Positions 39,711-53,285 of a stretch of 64,000 nucleotides of DNA are shown in pieces. A model generated the notes under the pieces. It did no database searches and was not told the DNA's origin. It was given only the letters and a program-made list of their open reading frames with translations. Every line of letters begins with the position of its first letter. Within the stretch, counting starts at the first letter, position 1. A program made the translations under genes and the position numbers. The DNA lies in assembly GCA_951406725.2 (NCBI GenBank), contig OX597814.1, positions 124,248,001-124,312,000 on the forward strand, read 5' to 3'. Source of the stretch: Octopus vulgaris. Its lineage: Eukaryota.

Positions 39711-40418
39711 CTAATATAATAATGAGCATAGTGTTTTTATATATTTGTATATGTATAGTTGTCCAGAATCATGCTGCATGCAGAGAAGGAGAGAAAATAG
39801 TAATTCAGTGGAGGAGAAGTAGTGAGAGTAATAGCCCTGACTGAGAGGGAGTGAGAGAAAGTAATTGCAATGAAAGAGAGGTAAGGGTGATAGATGAATA
39901 GAGTTGCCTGTCTTGACATCATAGGAAAATAGTGAGTGTCAGCATCATACAAGTAGCATCTTTCATTTCCAGTCATTCTTGCAGATATATCTGCTCTTAG
40001 GAAATATCCCCTCATTTGGAGATGGATAAGGGTTGCTACCAGGAGGAGTATCCAGCCATCAAAAATTAGAAAATCTGCCTCAACAAATTCCATCCAACCC
40101 ATGTGAGCACGGAAAAGACATCATTCCTAAATCAGAGAGAAAGAAAAAAGGGGCGCCCTAAAATGGAAATCAAGTTGTTATATTTATACACAATTGACTA
40201 GTATATCCCTGATTTTAGAATTTCAGTACTGCTTGACTGGCCCTCATGCTGGTGGCACATAAAAGCACCCACTACACTCTCGGAGTGTTTGGCAATAGGA
40301 AGGGCATCCAGCAGTAAAAACTCTGCCAGATCAGATTGGAGCCTGGTGTAGCCATCTGGTTCACCAGTGCTCAATCAAATCGTCCAACCCATGCTAGCAT
40401 GGAAAGCAGATGTTAAAC

Positions 40419-40449
<31 letters not shown>

Positions 40450-40557
40450 GGTTTGTTGTTTACTATTGTATTTGGCATTATTTGCAATGCTTTAGACTCG
40501 TTGCAGATGCACTAGATGTGAATACATAATCCTGATTCATTTGATGGAACAAAACAA

Positions 40558-40645
40558 TATGAGGAGGTGCTGAAAAGTGCCTGGCTTTGGGTAAAAGAAA
40601 ATACAGGAAGATCAGTTAATTATGATATTATTCAGCATGTTCTTA
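40558..40645. mobile_element. Left end of the mariner MITE family seen at 1196
   Basis: tatgaggaggtgctgaaaagtgcctggctttgggtaaaagaaaatac. Confidence 0.75.
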
Positions 40646-40649
40646 CTTG

Positions 40650-42210
40650 CTCCTGCCTCCCAAGCTTGCTCCTTCCCCTCGCATCTGCCCCTATCTCTCC
40701 AACACCTCAATCCTCACTGGCCCCCACCACCATCCCTATCACATCACTGACTCTTTTACATTCATCTCCAGTAATGTTATCTAATGCATCTCCTGCTCTC
40801 TCTGTCCTTCCCTGTAGATTGGTCAGACGAGAGGCTGCTTGGCTCACCGGTTCACTGAGCACCTCTGAAACCTCAGATTTGGCAATGACACCCTGGTCTC
40901 ATACCACTTCCACTTCACTGGTCATTCATTACAACATCTGTCTCCATTTGGATTGCCTCTGCACAGGGGCCACTTGGACTCCCGCCTTTGCTGTGAACAG
41001 GAGGTGATCTTCTCCCTTCATTTCTTTGCTCCTTATGGTCTCAATTCGCCATCTCACTTTATCTAACACCAACCTCACATAGGTTCCCATACACATCCTG
41101 CATTCAACTTCTCCTTCCCTCCACCCCCACACCAGCACACCACCTAACTCGGTACCCTCACCACACACACCACTATACAAACACCCATGCACACTGTTCA
41201 ACTCAGTACTTAGATCACACACAGCCACACATCTTCCCACTCCATGCACACTAGCACCCAACACCTCTCAGTACCCACACCACACACCATTATCCACACA
41301 CCCACACACACTCTTCAATATACTCACTACACACCACACACCATTATGCACACTCCCACACACACTCACATGCACATGCATTCACACACACCTTCCCACT
41401 TCACACACACTATCACCCAATATCTACCTACCCCACCTCCTCCACCTCACCTCCCTATCCCACCTCCTCTCAACCCTATTCCACCTCACACCTCTACACA
41501 TTATCCTACAACACACAGTGTTCACTCCAAAAAGCACAAAACGTCTGAACACAGATTATATACACACACACGCAACTTGCATAAACACACAATTTTCACA
41601 CACAAACATACACGATACACATACACACTATAGGGTCACAGATTTACACACACACACATGCACATACTATCTGAGCAAGTACACATCAACATTAAACACA
41701 AGCATTTCCACATGTATGCATGCCTGCACACACACACACACACACACACGATAGCCTCTCCATATACAAATGTCCATATGCACACATGCAAATACACAAA
41801 ACACACACACTAGGTTACTTGGTTACTTGTACACATACACACACACAGGCCCATCTTTTGCACACACACACATACACACATGTACACACGTCCATACACA
41901 AACATACACACCATTACATGAAACATGCATCACTCCACACAATGTATGCACTAGATTACATATACATGTACACAGACACACACACACACAGACTCTCAAT
42001 TTTAAGCTCGCCCACACATACACATTCACACATTCGCCCCCATTCACACATACACACTCGCACACCCCATTCTCATATACACACACGTGCTTGCATTTAT
42101 TTGTTTGTTTGGGTGACTTTTATTATCTCCTTTTCATTCATTCTCTTTCTTCCAGCCATTTCATCATGTTGAACACATTTTTTTCTCTCCCCATGTTTTT
42201 TCGTTCTCTC
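40650..42210 (+). mobile_element. Penelope-like element fragment: pseudogenised GIY-YIG endonuclease (about 40675-41066) plus long CA-rich 3'UTR
   Basis: RICPYLS..DSFTFISSNVI*CISCSLCPSL*IGQTRGCLAHRFTEHL..EQEVIFSL..APYGLN; Neptune-type. Confidence 0.85.
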
Positions 42211-42460
42211 TAAATCACAAATCCTACCAAATCCACTCACAAAGCTTTGGTCAGTCTGAGGCTATAGTAGAAGACACCTGCCCAAGGTGCCATGCAGTGG
42301 GACTGAATCTTGAAGCAAACTGCTTACCACACAGCCATACCTGTGCCTATAAAAAAAAGGAGAAAAAAAATAAAAGGAAATTTATGACTGGCTAAGATAT
42401 ATATGTATATATATGGCTAAGATATATATATATATATATGTATGTATATATATGGCTAAG

Positions 42461-42491
<31 letters not shown>

Positions 42492-42500
42492 TATATACAT

Positions 42501-42812
42501 GTGGAGGCACAATGGCCCAGTGGTTAGGGCAGTGGACTTGTGGTCATAGGATCACGGTTTCAATTCCCAGATCGGGTGTTGTGAGTGTTTATTGAGCGAA
42601 AACACCTAAAGCTCTGCGAGGCTCCGGCAGGGGGTGGTGGCGACCCCTGCTGTACTCTTTCGCCACAACCTTCTCTCACTCTTTCTTCTGTTAGCCTGCT
42701 CGTTTTGCCAGTGGGGTGGCATCATTTAAAGGCTAAAACAAAGTGAAGCACACTGTGACAGCGATGTCTAGCAACATCTGATAGCCTGGTCGGTCACGGT
42801 GATCACAGTGAC
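42501..42812 (+). mobile_element. Group C SINE with an alternative 3' body
   Basis: ggaggcacaatggcccagtggttagggcagtggac head; ends ggtcacggtgatcacagtgac. Confidence 0.75.
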
Positions 42813-42822
42813 ATATATACAT

Positions 42823-43058
42823 ATTTATTTCTTTACTACCCACAAGGGTCTAAACACAGAGGGGACAAACAAGGACAGACAAATGGATTAAGTCGATTAC
42901 ATCAACCCCAGTGCATAATTGGTACTCAATTTATCGACCCCGAAAGGATGAAAGGCAAAGTCGACCTCGGCGGAATTTGAACTCAGAACGTAACGGCAGA
43001 TGAAATACGGCTACGCATTTCGCCCAGCATGCTAACGTTTCTGCCAGCTCGCCGCCTT
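42823..43058 (-). mobile_element. Group B SINE with TSD
   Basis: agtgacatatatacatat is duplicated on both sides. Confidence 0.88.
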
Positions 43059-44894
43059 TAGTGACATATATACATATTGAATATATATATATATTCTCTC
43101 TAGCAAATCTCAGTCACAAGGCATTGGTCAGCTTGCTGCCCTAGTAGAAACCACTTGCCCAAGGTGGTACCCAGTGGTACCCAGTGAAATGGAACCTAAC
43201 TAAAAGCCAAATAGTTCTGAAGTAAACTTATTAGTCCTGAAGCCATATCGGTTCTGATATTGAGGGTCTTGATTATGTTGATGTTGATGGAGATGAAGCA
43301 TGACTACAAGGTTGATGATGGTAATGCCACTGTTGCTACTGCTGTTGCTGCCGCTGCTGCTGCTGATGGTGATGATGATGATATTGATGACAATGACGAC
43401 GACATTGATGATGATGATGGGTAGAAGGGGGAGGAGGTGGAGGATGATCACGAACATGAGAATGACATTTATGGTAACATGATGCTGGAAATGATACCAA
43501 CAATGCCGCTGCTACAGGTGCTGCTGCAAGTGGTGCTGCTGCTACTGCTACTGCTGCTGCTGATGACGATGATAAGCAATTTCCTTAGAGAAACTTGGAC
43601 TTTCTTTATTTTTCAGTCATAAACCAATATTTCCTGTTTCTCTTTTTTTTCTCATTTCTTCTATTTTTTTTTTTTTTAGTTTTGCCTCGCCTAATAACTT
43701 CAGCACAGATTGAGACAAATACCAACCAAACACTGACCAGACCAGACCAAACCAGACCAGACCAAAATGGAAATGGTTTCAAACTTGACTTGTGAAGAAC
43801 TGAAGAAAACTAAAGACAACCAAAGAACTAAATAAGCAACCAGTGATTGGTAACGTTATTGATCCTGTTCTCATTATCCATTCTTATCACATGTCTACAT
43901 CATCTTAATCTATTCTCTGCCAGACAAACTTCAATGTCTTTTATTCAATATCCTCTTATTTGATTGCTTTATATATTTTCAATACTGTTTTCTCACCTCG
44001 ATTTCTCTGTAAGAAGTGTTTTGTCCTTTTTGTTTTACTTTCAAATTTATCTGCTATTATGTTTTCCATGAGTGCTATGATAAGAAGGACAAGAACTTTG
44101 TACTTTCTTACGAGCTGGTTTATTAGAAATTAATGGCTTCGTCAGCATTGTCTATCCAGCTCACAGCATTTTAACTTCATACAAGTGGTCACTCCTCATT
44201 AATTGTAAATTCTTAATTAGAAAACATCTACCGTATAATCTTAACTAATGAGGAAATTTCTTCATGGTTTTTTTGTCAGCCTGCTAGAAATAATGGCCAA
44301 ATCTTTCGCAAATCATATCCAATCATCTTCATCATCATCATCATCATCATCATCATCGTCATCATCATCATTGTCATCATCATGACCATCATCATGATCA
44401 TCACCATGATCATCATCATGATCATCATCATGATCATCATCATTATCATCATCATCATTGTCATCATCATCACCATCATCGTCATCGGCGTCGTCATCGT
44501 TGCCATCATCATTATCATCATTGTCATTGTTGAGACTGTCATCATCATCATGCCAGATAAGTTGCAAAACAAATAAAAAGCCCCATCGACTGAGTAAAGT
44601 TGTAGCAGAGAGGGAAGTGGCTTTATACCAGTTGTTGAAAGGCCAAAGTATGATAGAGGAACAGACACAGATATCTGGCTATAGACAAGATACTGAGCTT
44701 ACCTTGCATTACATTAAAGTGGTTAGGGGTTGCTTGAAGGAGAAATAAAGATGGTGGCTATGAGATGTGACGGTGTAATCTCAAAGTACAAGAATATGAC
44801 TACAAGAGCTGAATAGAGACAAAAACTGAAAGGACATACTAGAGCAAATAACAACATCAGTGATGACGATGATGTCGACAACAACAGCAACAGT

Positions 44895-45345
44895 GGAGAC
44901 GCAATGGCCCAGTGGTTAGGGCAGCGGACTTGCGGTTGTAAGAACGTCATTTCGATTCCCAGACCGGGCGTTGTGAGTGTTTATTGAGCAAAAACACCTA
45001 AGCTCCACAAGGCTCCGGGGGGGAGGGGGGTGAACCCCGTACTTCTGCCACAAAGCAGAGGAACCATGGTGTAACCCACTATGGCGTGGTAAACTTTCAG
45101 ACCCTGGTCTAGATTGCGAATACTCTGTACCCCAGGATGGTTCAGCTCTCCACCCATTAAAAAAAGCCACCGTTTATGGAACGAGGATAACAATGTAGAT
45201 TTAGCGTCTGTGCAACCACCAGTCTATCGAGTGTGGTGGGTGGATCTTCAAGTAGCCACATGCATTCTTAGTAGCTTAGAGTAGGCTTGAATTAGAGATT
45301 ATTCTTTGTGGCTAATGGCTTGCGTCCTGACTAGAAGAAGAAGAA
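44895..45345 (+). mobile_element. Group C head fused to a third body ending in (AAG)n
   Basis: Same head as 42501; TSD-like acaacaacagcaaca on both flanks. Confidence 0.75.
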
Positions 45346-46497
45346 GACAACAACAGCAACAACAGTTCATTATGTTCTCTATATAAAAATGGTCAACTTT
45401 CAATCATTCCAAGTCTATATTACCCATAATACCTAATTCAAAATGGTTGTTATACCTGTGTCTTATAACTAAGTACAAATTGCATGAGATACAGAAATTT
45501 ACCATCATGGGTATATATTCTTAAAGCTCCTGATTACCATAATTATTTTTCTAGTTAGGTTTGATCTGGAGTTGAACTGCAAATGACTCATTACATTCCA
45601 TATTTAAGGAAGGTCAACTTTCAAGCATTTCATATCTACATTACAAATAATTACTTGTTCAAAATGGCTGCCATGTTTGTCACCCTGTAACTAAATGTGT
45701 TACATGAAATATAGCAACATGCCTTCACAGTTATATACCCATGACTATAATAATAATTTTTGTTTTCTAGTTAAATCCTTACAAATTTCGAAATCAAAAC
45801 TTATTTTCAATCTCTGTTGTTATGGTTACATCAATATTTAGTTCTGAGTGTTACTATCTCTCAGTCCCAAGATGACCTTTCTTACTTTATGCTTTCCAGC
45901 TTCATATATTCTCTTGTGTTGAGAATATATATATTATACAGTTGCTCACACATCAACCTTCAAATTTTCATACAAATATCTGATGGATTTGTTATTTATT
46001 TCACTTTGAAGAACATGTAACATGAGATTTAAGCTGCTTACTATATCTAACACTATATCACATATCTAATTCCTTCACTTAGGCTTTTAATAGGTTTGCT
46101 GTATTGTGAATTTAACTGAGACACACATATCTCACTGTTCCTTCTAACATTTTGCATACATGCTCATACACATATCTACACAATATTCATACATGTGTGC
46201 TCATATTTGTTCAGCCAGTCATTCTTTCACCAAATAAGGAAGCCTCTGCATTGTTGTTCAACCTGTTAGGCATAACAGTAAAATTCTGGTAAAATACACA
46301 TTACTGTCTTAAATAAAGGAATGATTACATTGGACTATGCTGTCCTACATAGCTCTAAAAAAACAGACTGGATGGTCATAACTGGAAAACCTTGTATTAC
46401 AGGTCTGGTCAATTAATTCTGACCTAGGGGTAAGCAGCAATTATGCGTATACATACACATACAAAATTACATCACATGCACATACAGAAATATGCAC

Positions 46498-46548
<51 letters not shown>

Positions 46549-46555
46549 TATATAC

Positions 46556-47361
46556 ATGGTCATGTGGCGAGAATGGATGAAGATAGGTGTGTGAAAAAGT
46601 TCCAATCCCTAGCAGTAGAGGGAACCCGTGGAAGAGGTAGACCCAGGAAAACCTGGGATGAGGTGGTGAAGCACGACCTTCGAACTTTAGGTCTCACTGA
46701 GGAAATGACCAGCGACCGAGACCTTGGGAAATATGCTGTGCGTGAGAAGACCAGGCAGGACAAGTGAGTCCAGCCCACTTATGCATGCCTTTCCTCCCTT
46801 GGACACACAAAGACCTGTTGAGGCAAGCGAAGTCAATATCGAACCTCATCCGACGACAGGCACCTATGCCAACCCCCTTTGCTTGCGAAGACCTGTTGGG
46901 GCAAGTGAAATCGGAATCGAAATTGAACCAATCCTATGACTGGCACCCGGCAGATGCCAGGACCCCTGGACTGGAGATACGTAAAAAGCACTATCCGAAT
47001 CGTGGCTGATGCCAGTGCCGCTTTGACTGGCTTCCGTGTCGGTGGCACGTAAAAAGCACCATCCGAATCGTGGCTGAAGCCAGTGCCGCCTCGACTGGCT
47101 TCCGTGCCGGTGGCATGTAAAATGCACCAATCTGACCGTGGCCGATGCCAGCCTTGCCTGGCACCAGTGTAGGTGGCACGTAAAAAGCACTCGCTACACT
47201 CATGGAGTGGTTGGTGTTAGGAAGGGCATCCAGCTGTAGAAACATTGCCAGATAAGACCGGAGCCTGGTGCAGCCTTCTGACTTCCCAGATCCCCGGTCG
47301 AACCATCCAACCCATGCTAGCATGGAGAACGGACGTTAAACGATGATGATGATGATGATGA
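46556..47361 (+). mobile_element. Young RTE LINE 3' end
   Basis: GHVARMDEDRCVKK..GRGRPRKTWDEVVKHDLRTLGL..REKTRQDK* plus 3'UTR and (ATG)n tail. Confidence 0.92.
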
Positions 47362-47539
47362 TACATACTAACACACATACAGATACTCATATGTATCTTC
47401 TTCAAATGCACACACACACACACACACACATACACACACACAAACATACACACATTCGTAAACACGTATGACACACTCACATACATATATACAGATATAT
47501 TGATTTACTCATATTTTTACCACACAGATGCCCCCCCTC

Positions 47540-47606
<67 letters not shown>

Positions 47607-48449
47607 TGCATACGTACATGCATGATGATGATATAAGGCACTCACATGCATTCACATATATGACACATAAATATTAGACATTTACACTCGTATAGATACA
47701 CACATATATCTTTCCTTATTCATTCTTCACCAAACACATACGCACACATAGATATGACTCATCTGCAAACACCTATAAACACACACAGACAAATAGAAAG
47801 ACATGTAGATACAAGACTCATATACACATATAAAAGCTACAAGAACACATAACATACATACATATAAGATATATACATCCATGCACAAATACATAAATAT
47901 AAGATATATACATCCATGTACAAATACATACTGATGAATTTACTCATTTTTAACCAAACACATATGCACAAAGATATGACACATACAAACACATTTGAAA
48001 CATATGCATGTGCATATAAAACATATACATGTATAAGACACATACACAAAGATATGAGACACATACAGGCATATACAGATACGCACATAGACACATATTG
48101 ATTTGCTCATTCATTCCTTCAGAAAACACCTTGAGGCATTCTCATCCAAACTTTGGTTTCTGAATCATGTCTGTGTCTAGCACAATGCTAAATCCTCCTC
48201 CCCGTGGGGATAAACAAGTTGCTATTACTGACGCCTGTAGGTGAAGTCAACAAATTATTCCTGAAACATACAGTACCTCTGATAAACCGAGAGAGCTCTG
48301 GTACCATCTTACAAGTAGGTGGATTGCTTTGCTGTTAGTTACTTGGTTCTGGAGACTCACGATCAAAAGTTATTATGGCTATCCTCATCATGTCTTCCTT
48401 TTATTTTCAGACTCAGGTGCCAGTGTGATTGTGAGGTTCAGAGGCTTTC

Positions 48450-48480
<31 letters not shown>

Positions 48481-48814
48481 TGTATGTATGTATGTATGTA
48501 TGTATGTATGTATGTATGTATGTATGTATGTATGTATGTATGTATGTATGTATGTATGTATGTATGTATGTATATATGTATGCATGTATGTATGTATGTA
48601 TGTAAGTATGTATGCATGTATGTATGTATGTGTATATACACACACACACATATATATATATGTACACACACACATATATATCATCATCATCATCATCCTC
48701 ATTGTTTAACATCCACTTTCCATGCTAGATATATACATACATATATACACACATACACACATACACACATACATACATACATACATATACATATATATTT
48801 TTTATTTTATTTTT

Positions 48815-49015
48815 TTTATTTTACTTGTTTCAGTCAGTTGACTGCGGCCATGCTGGAGCACTGCCTTTAGTTGAGCAAATCGACCCCGGGACTTATTCTT
48901 TGTAAGCCCAGTACTTATTCTATCGGTCTCTTTGCCGAACTGCTAAGTGACGGTGATGTAAACACACCAGCATCGGTTGTCAAGCAATGCTAGGGAGACA
49001 AACACAGACACACAA

Positions 49016-49046
<31 letters not shown>

Positions 49047-49212
49047 CATATATACGACAGGCTTCTTCCAGTTTCCGTCTACCAAATCCACTCACAAGGC
49101 ATTGGTCGGCCCGGGGCTATAGCAGAAGACACCTGCCCAAGATGCCACACAGTGAGACTGAACCCGGTACCATGTGGTTGGTTAGCAAGCTACTTACCAC
49201 ATAGCCACTCCT
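48815..49212 (-). mobile_element. Group A SINE
   Basis: Family motifs. Confidence 0.9.
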
Positions 49213-49277
49213 ACATATATATATACATATATATACATATATATAAATGTATATATATGTATATATATATATATATA

Positions 49278-49940
49278 TCATCATCATCATCATTGTTTAA
49301 TGTCTGCTTTCCATGCTGGCATGCATTGGATGGTTGGATGGTTTGACTGAGGTCTGGTGAACCAGATGTCTGCGCCAGACTCCAATCTGATCTGGCAGAG
49401 TTTCTACAGCTGGATGCCCTTCCTAATGCCAGCCACTCCGAGAGCGTAGTGGGTACTTTTAAGTGCCAATGGCATGAGGGTCAGTCAGGCGGTACTGGCA
49501 GTGGTCACGCTCAAATAGTGCTTTTTATTTGCCACCTGCACAGGCGCCAGTCCAGCGGCACTAGCTACGACCTCACCTGAATGCTTTTTCACGTGCCACC
49601 AGCACAAGTGCCAGCAAGGCAACGCAGGTAACGATAACAGTCGAATGGTGCTTTTTATGTGCCATCGGCATGGAGGTCAGCTTGTAGCTCTGGCAATGAT
49701 CATGCTCATATGGTACTCTTAGCGCTCCACTAGCACGGATGCCAGTCATCGAATCTGATTTCAGTTTCGATTTTGATTTCACTTGCCTCAACAGGTCTTC
49801 GCAAGCAGAGTTTAGTGTCCAATGAAGGAAAGGTACACCTAAGTGAGCTGGTTACACCCCTGGCATAGGCCACAGGTTATGGTCTCACTTGAGGTTGCTG
49901 AGTCTTCTGAAGCACAGCATATTTCCAAAGGTCTCGGTCA
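49278..49940 (-). mobile_element. RTE 3'UTR fragment
   Basis: Family motifs. Confidence 0.85.
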
Positions 49941-49960
49941 TATATATGTATATATATATA

Positions 49961-50031
<71 letters not shown>

Positions 50032-50061
50032 TTATTATATATTTATTTATTATATAGAAGG

Positions 50062-50112
50062 AGCTTCTACAGGACTAGAACTGTTTCATTCAAGAGAAAT
50101 CTTCAGGAAGCT
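50062..50112 (-). ncRNA. Type-I hammerhead ribozyme, intact core, GUA site
   Basis: agcuuc-CUGAAGA-uuuc-ucuu-gaau-GAAAC-ag-uucuaguc-cu-GUA-gaagcu; perfect 6-bp stem I, 4-bp stem III. Lies in a ~300-bp element (50055-50357) between AT microsatellites. Confidence 0.85.
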
Positions 50113-50782
50113 AGTTAACAAGAATTGTATTGGCATTTATACATTTAGGCAGGTTTAAAGGGGTGTTGGTGGGGGACTTTTGGGGGTAGGCATAGCGCAA
50201 AATATCATACTTGGGGGAGTGGTCAAGGAGTCAGTGTTAAATTAGATAGAAGAATAAATAAAAAAATAAAAAAATAAAAAATATAAAAAAATATATAAAA
50301 ATATATATAAAAAAGGGAATAGAGTTTTAGGTAAATAAGGAGATTCTCACTTATACCTATGCACATATGTATACATATATACACACACATACAAACATAT
50401 ATACATATACATACACACATACGTACACACACACATATATACATATATATACACTTACACATACATATACATATCTACACATACACATATATATGTATAC
50501 ATACACACACTCACATGCATACACGTATACACACATGTATATATACACACACGACCACACATACATATACACACAGAAAAATATATATACACATACACAC
50601 ACATACTCACATATATATATATATACATACTCACATATATATATATATATATGCATATGTATATATATATATATGTATATATATGTATGTATATGTATGT
50701 ATATGTATGTATATATATGTGTGTATGTGTATACATATGTATGTATATATACATATATATGTATGTGTGTATGTATGTGTAT

Positions 50783-52295
50783 ATCATCATCATCATCATC
50801 ATCATCATCGTTTAACGTCCGTTCTCCATGCTAGCATGGGTTGGACGGTTCGACCGGGGTTCTGGGAAGCCAGAAGGCTGCACCAGGCTCCAGTCTAATC
50901 TGGCAATGTTTCTACAGCTGGATGCCCTTCCTAACGCCAACCACTCCATGAGTGTAGTGGGTGCTTTTTACGTGCCACCTGCACAGGTGCCAGGCGAGGC
51001 TGGCAACGGCCACGGTCGGATTGGTGTATTTTATGTGCCACCGGCACGGAAGCCAGTCGAGGCGGTGCTGGCATCGGCCACGAGTCGGATAGTGCTTTTT
51101 ACGTACCACCAGACCAGGGATCCTGGCTGGTTCAATTCGATTTCGATTTCGCTTGCCCCAACATGTCTTCACAAGCAAAGGGGGTTGGCATGGGTGCCTG
51201 TCGTACGGTCGGATTGGAGTATTTTACGTGCCTCCGGCACGGAAGACAGTCGAAGCGGCGCTGGCATCGGCCACGAGTCGGATAGTGCTTTTTACGTACC
51301 ACCAGACCAGGGATCCTGGCTGGTTCAATTCGATTTCGATTTCGCTTGCCCTAACATGTCTTCACAAGCAGGGGTGGTTGGCATGGGTGTCTGTCTATAT
51401 CGACTTCGCTTGCCTCAACAGGTCTTTGTGTCCAAGGGAGGAAAGGCATTCATAAGTGGGCTGGGCTCACTTGTCCTGCCTGGTCTTCTCACGTACAGAA
51501 TATTTCCAAAGGTCTTGGTCGCTGGTCATTTCCTCAGTGAGGCCTAAAGTTCGAAGGTCGTGCTTCACCACCTCGTCCCAGGTTTTCCTGGGTCTACCTC
51601 TTCCACGGGTTCCCTCAACTGCTAGGGATTGGCACTTTCTCACACACCTATCTTCATCCATTCTCGCCACATGACCATACCAGTGCAATCATCTCTCTTG
51701 CACACCACAACTGATGCTTCTTAGGTACAACATTTCTCTCAGGGTGCTAACGCTCTGTCGAGTATGTACACTGACATTACACATCCATCGGAGCATACTG
51801 GCTTCATTCCTCACGAGCTTACGCATGTCCTCAGCAGTCACGGCCCATGTTTCACTGCCATGTAGCATGGCTGTTTGTACACACGCATCATACAGTCTGC
51901 CTTTTACTCTGAGCGAGAGGCCTTTAGTCACCAGCAGAGGTAAGAGCTCCCTAAACTTTGCCCAGGCTATTCTTATTCTAGCAGTTACACTTTCAGCGCA
52001 CCCACCCCCACTACTGACTTGGTCACCTAGATAACGGAAGCTATCAACTACTTCTAGTTTTTCCCCCTGGAAAGTGACGGAAGTTGTTTTCTGCAGATTT
52101 TCGGAGGTTAATGCTCCCGAGCATCTGCCACATACAAAAACTATCTTCCCAGTTAGCCTACCTTTGACATTGCTGCACCTCTTATGTGTCCATAGCTTAC
52201 ACTGGGTACATCTTATAGAGTTTCTACCTACACCTTTTCTACAGATCGAGCAGGGCCATCTTCCTGAAGACATTTGTGGATTGTCTACCTTCCTA
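50783..52295 (-). mobile_element. 5'-truncated young RTE LINE: PHD-type finger, RT thumb, C-terminus, 3'UTR, (ATG)n tail
   Basis: ORFs 51689-52360 and 51467-51688 are in frame across a single stop: PCSICRKGVGRNSIRCTQCKLWTHKRC..FVCGRC..LEVVDSFRYLGD..MLHGSETW..WYGHVARM..GRPRKTW. Confidence 0.93.
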
Positions 52296-52750
52296 CTTAT
52301 ATGTATATATACACATACATACATAGGAAAGCTTCTTAACCTCACAGTCACATATTTCATGAAATATGTATGTACCGATGGGTATGTTTGTTCATAAAGA
52401 TATATTTGTATATATGTGTGTGTGTGTGTATATACTTATGTGTGTATTCATCATTTATATACCTTTTCACTCCTACATAACTACAATAATCTTCAGATTG
52501 ATTGATTATTTAAATTCCACTATTATTTCTCTTTTGATACTTTTCTCTTTCCTCTCATTATACTTAATCTGATAAGAATAATATAATTCACCTAATTATA
52601 ATGATAATTGATTACTTTGTATAAATATACATATACTTGTAAATGTATAGATATGTATTTATGTATATTTATGTATATGTAAAAGTGTGTGTATATATAT
52701 ATATATATGTGTATTTATATTTATAACTTAAACTTATGAACTTTCTAAAC

Positions 52751-52875
52751 CCTCTGATGAAGCCCAGAGGCTCACCGAAGTACTTTAATCTTATCTACCA
52801 AATACTTCAGTTCACCGAAGGGATAGAAGTAAAGTGGGGTACTATGACCTCTTGGCTGAAACAGCTATAAGAAAC
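52751..52875 (+). ncRNA. Type-I hammerhead motif with long stem II
   Basis: CUGAUGA-agcccagagg...ccucuuggcu-GAAAC-agcu-AUA-ag; palindromic loop III; stem I only 2 bp and one stem-III mismatch. Confidence 0.65.
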
Positions 52876-53250
52876 TATTCTACTTTCTATGTTCTACATT
52901 ATATATTTTAATAATTACTGGTATTTTAATATCTTATATATTATATATGTAAAGCATAATATGTTATACATGTATGCATATTGCTATAATTGTTTCTTTA
53001 AAAAATATATAAATCGACATAATGTCTAAAAGTTGATGAATATCACCTCTTGATCTCCTCCATTTTCTTATTGCTATATAAATTAACGGTAAAATAACTC
53101 TTTACCCTCACCCATTTATTACACTCTGTAATGTAATTGCCATGCAATGAAAAAACACTTGTGTATTAATAATTGGGTATTCTACCAGCAGTATAATGGG
53201 TAGTTATTATCCCTTAGTTGGTTGGATTCACAAACTCTAACTCTCTTGGA

Positions 53251-53285
<35 letters not shown>

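Noticed and set aside
44556-44748. Plus-strand coding exon ISCKTNKKPHRL...
   Set aside because: No recognisable domain, no polypyrimidine tract, no compatible partner exons.
50828-51547. 239-aa ORF
   Set aside because: Antisense to the repetitive RTE 3'UTR.
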